Source of the DNA: an uncultured Alphaproteobacteria bacterium
GTDB lineage: Bacteria; Pseudomonadota; Alphaproteobacteria; Methylaequorales; Methylaequoraceae
DNA: 64,000 nucleotides
Direction: 5' to 3'
NCBI GenBank assembly: GCA_902625895.1
Contig: CACODD010000002.1
Span: 20,785-84,784 of the forward strand
The first letter of the stretch is position 1; each line of letters starts with the position of its first letter. Made by a program: the position numbers and the translations under genes. The notes beneath the pieces were generated by a model. The model was not told where the DNA came from. It saw only the letters and a list, made by a program, of their open reading frames with translations, and made no database searches. Below, piece after piece: positions 61,894-64,000 of the stretch.

Positions 61894-63210
61894 ATGGGAA
61901 AATTTGTAATAGGGTGTTTTATTTTTTTGATTGGTGTTGGATCATTTGTATCCGCGCAAGAAGAAAAAGATGAATTTATACCATATAATCTAAAAGCCGC
62001 ACTTAAGTCAGTTTTGAATAATCATAAGACCATATTGGCAACAAAAAGTGATATAGAGGCTGCTAAGTTGAGACTAAAACAATCCAAGGGTGGTTATTTT
62101 CCTTCGTTAGACGTTACAGCCAATTACGGACATGAAAATATTATAAAATATGGACCAGGAAATAACACACAATTGATGGGAAGGGACGCAACAGCAAAAA
62201 TAACTCAAACAATTACAGATTTTGGTTTGACAAAATCAACAGTAGAAACTTCAAGATTATCCTTAAAACAAACACGAGCAACTGAAACACAAATTAAAAA
62301 TGACATCTTATTAAGAGCAATTTCAGCGTACTTGAGAATTATACAATCAAGGGAAAGTGTTCGGTACGCAAGACAATCAGTTGCAAATATAAAAAAACAA
62401 ACTGAATTGGAAGATGCAGCAGTAACTGCGGGAGGTGGACTTACTTCGGATGTTCTCCAAGCAAAAACTCAATTAGCTGGTGCTCAGGCACGTTTAATTC
62501 AGTTTGAAGGTGTATTAGCCACATCTAGACATGAATTTGAATACGTTTTTAATTCATTTCCAGATAATTTAAATTCTTTGGTACTCCTCAAATCTGTTTT
62601 TGATAGATTACCTAATTCTCAAGAAGAAGCAGAGGAAATAACAATGAAAAATAATCCCTCACTGATTGCAGCAAGAATTACAGAAGATATTGGTAAAGAG
62701 GCAATAAATACAGCAAAATCCTCTCTTTTTCCAACAGTAAAAGGCATAGTAAGTCACTCAGAAAAACAAGATTTTGGTGGTGTTGTAGGATTCAAAAGAG
62801 AAACCTCTGCTAAATTAGATTTTGCATATCCATTAAATTTAAGCCTTTCAGAATATGCAGGAAAAGATGCAGCGGTTGAGTCCTATTTAGCTACATCTAC
62901 AAGAATAAGAGATCAAGAAGATATGATTAAACAAATGTTAAGAACTACATGGGACGGATTGAAAACAGCTCAACAAAATGCTCAATTTCTTACAAATCAG
63001 GCAAGAATTTCTGGTGAATTTTTAGAGCTTGCAAGACAAGAAAGACAAGCAGGAAACCGTACTCTACTTGATGTTTTAGGAGGTGAAACTGCTTTGATTA
63101 ACGCTCAAGCAGATGCAATTGCAGCCAAGATTGAGGTTCTCATAAATAGTTACACTCTATTGAGTTTAATGGGAGGACTTTCAATTGAATCAATTGAATT
63201 TGTTGAATAA
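61894..63210 (+). CDS. TolC-family type I secretion outer membrane protein (LapE-like)
   Basis: Signal peptide from ATG 61894 (MGKFVIGCFIFLIG..VSAQEE), GGYFPSLD, AGNRTLLDVL. The ORF track start at 61870 is probably too far upstream. Confidence 0.88.
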   Translation: MGKFVIGCFIFLIGVGSFVSAQEEKDEFIPYNLKAALKSVLNNHKTILATKSDIEAAKLRLKQSKGGYFPSLDVTANYGHENIIKYGPGNNTQLMGRDATAKITQTITDFGLTKSTVETSRLSLKQTRATETQIKNDILLRAISAYLRIIQSRESVRYARQSVANIKKQTELEDAAVTAGGGLTSDVLQAKTQLAGAQARLIQFEGVLATSRHEFEYVFNSFPDNLNSLVLLKSVFDRLPNSQEEAEEITMKNNPSLIAARITEDIGKEAINTAKSSLFPTVKGIVSHSEKQDFGGVVGFKRETSAKLDFAYPLNLSLSEYAGKDAAVESYLATSTRIRDQEDMIKQMLRTTWDGLKTAQQNAQFLTNQARISGEFLELARQERQAGNRTLLDVLGGETALINAQADAIAAKIEVLINSYTLLSLMGGLSIESIEFVE

Positions 63211-63266
63211 ATAAGGTCTTTTTAACTTTTAAAATATTAGTGTTTCGCCTATAGTTAAAACTGTAT

Positions 63267-64000
63267 ATGAAAGGAAATAGTCACCAAATAAATTTAAACG
63301 ACAGTGGTTCTTTAACTAAGATCTACGCTGGCAGCACCATTGACATTAATGGATTACCAAGTTGGTTACCAAAGGCAAATTTTTCAAAAACGCAAACAGA
63401 CCTCCTAATAACTTCACCTGCTGGCGATGAAATATTATTAGTAGATTTTTTTACAAACTTTGAACTTCCTTCACTCAAAACTGAAAACGGTTTATTACTT
63501 AAAGGCACTTTAATTGATACTTTATCTGGATCATTCACACCTGGACAGTACGCACAAGCCAATAATGCAAACTCACTTTCTATCGGAGAAGTTTCTAGTG
63601 TCACAGGAGAGGCTAAAGCAACTCGTTTGGACGGAACAACTGTAAATCTCTCAACTGGAGACCCAGTTTTTCAGGGTGATACTGTCGAAACTACTGGGGC
63701 AGGAGCGATTGGATTAGTATTTCTTGATAAAACAACTCTCTCATTATCGGAGGGAGGAAAAATGGTTTTAGATGAACTTGTATATGACCCGGCAACTGGA
63801 ACTGGAAGTATGGCCGTTGACATGGTTGAGGGAGCTTTCAGTTTTGTGAGTGGCGAGATTGCTAAAACTGGGCCAGATGCAATGAAAGTTTCAACACCGG
63901 TTGCAACTATTGGGATAAGAGGAACTACGGTTGCAGGTAAAGCTGCAGTTGAAGGCAATGAAAACTCCTTTACACTTCTACAAGACGCTGATGGAGGCGT
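63267..64000 (+). CDS. N-terminus of a probable large secreted protein with a FecR-like domain (runs off the window edge)
   Basis: Not in the ORF track. MKGNSHQINL...ANFSKTQTDLLITSPAGDEILLVDFF...PGQYAQA...IGEV...GDPVFQGD...VSGEIAKTGPDAMKVSTPVATIGIRGT; open to the window end, no Sec signal. Confidence 0.85.
   Translation, partial: MKGNSHQINLNDSGSLTKIYAGSTIDINGLPSWLPKANFSKTQTDLLITSPAGDEILLVDFFTNFELPSLKTENGLLLKGTLIDTLSGSFTPGQYAQANNANSLSIGEVSSVTGEAKATRLDGTTVNLSTGDPVFQGDTVETTGAGAIGLVFLDKTTLSLSEGGKMVLDELVYDPATGTGSMAVDMVEGAFSFVSGEIAKTGPDAMKVSTPVATIGIRGTTVAGKAAVEGNENSFTLLQDADGG

Noticed and set aside
63267..64000. Higher GC as a sign of a foreign island
   Set aside because: Explained by Gly/Ala/Thr-rich protein composition; ilvD and secD show similar local increases.

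Overview
This is a very AT-rich (roughly 25-30% GC by eye), gene-dense chromosomal segment with very short intergenic spaces and many overlapping start/stop codons. Gene order is typically alphaproteobacterial: pcm-tolC-valS; xth-erpA-dgt-argS-SPOR-nagZ-scpAB-tatABC-serS-pcm-nlpD; yajC-secDF; uvrA/ssb-gyrA-coaD-ppi; recG/sdhE-mfd. With sodN/sodX this suggests a streamlined marine alphaproteobacterium (inference). Three tRNAs are present (Asn-GTT, Cys-GCA, Lys-TTT). Four CDSs missed by the ORF track were read by hand: partial tkt, tatA, a SHOCT-like microprotein and a partial FecR-domain protein. No CRISPR, IS, integrase or prophage is visible. The most interesting regions are: (1) 58.2-64 kb, with a 36-aa-repeat helical protein, a CyaB1-like GAF-GAF-PAS class IIIb adenylate cyclase translationally coupled to a eukaryote-type (class I-like) phosphodiesterase, an inverted pair of DnaA-box matches, a TolC and a probable large T1SS substrate; (2) 5.3-9.6 kb, with a phage/Prochlorococcus-type ATP-dependent DNA ligase coupled to an apparently inactivated PD-(D/E)XK protein, plus a spore-photoproduct-lyase-like radical SAM/nucleosidase pair; (3) an mxaD/mxaE-like pair coupled to transketolase, next to an orphan hpnN. 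All family calls come from motif recognition, not database searches.
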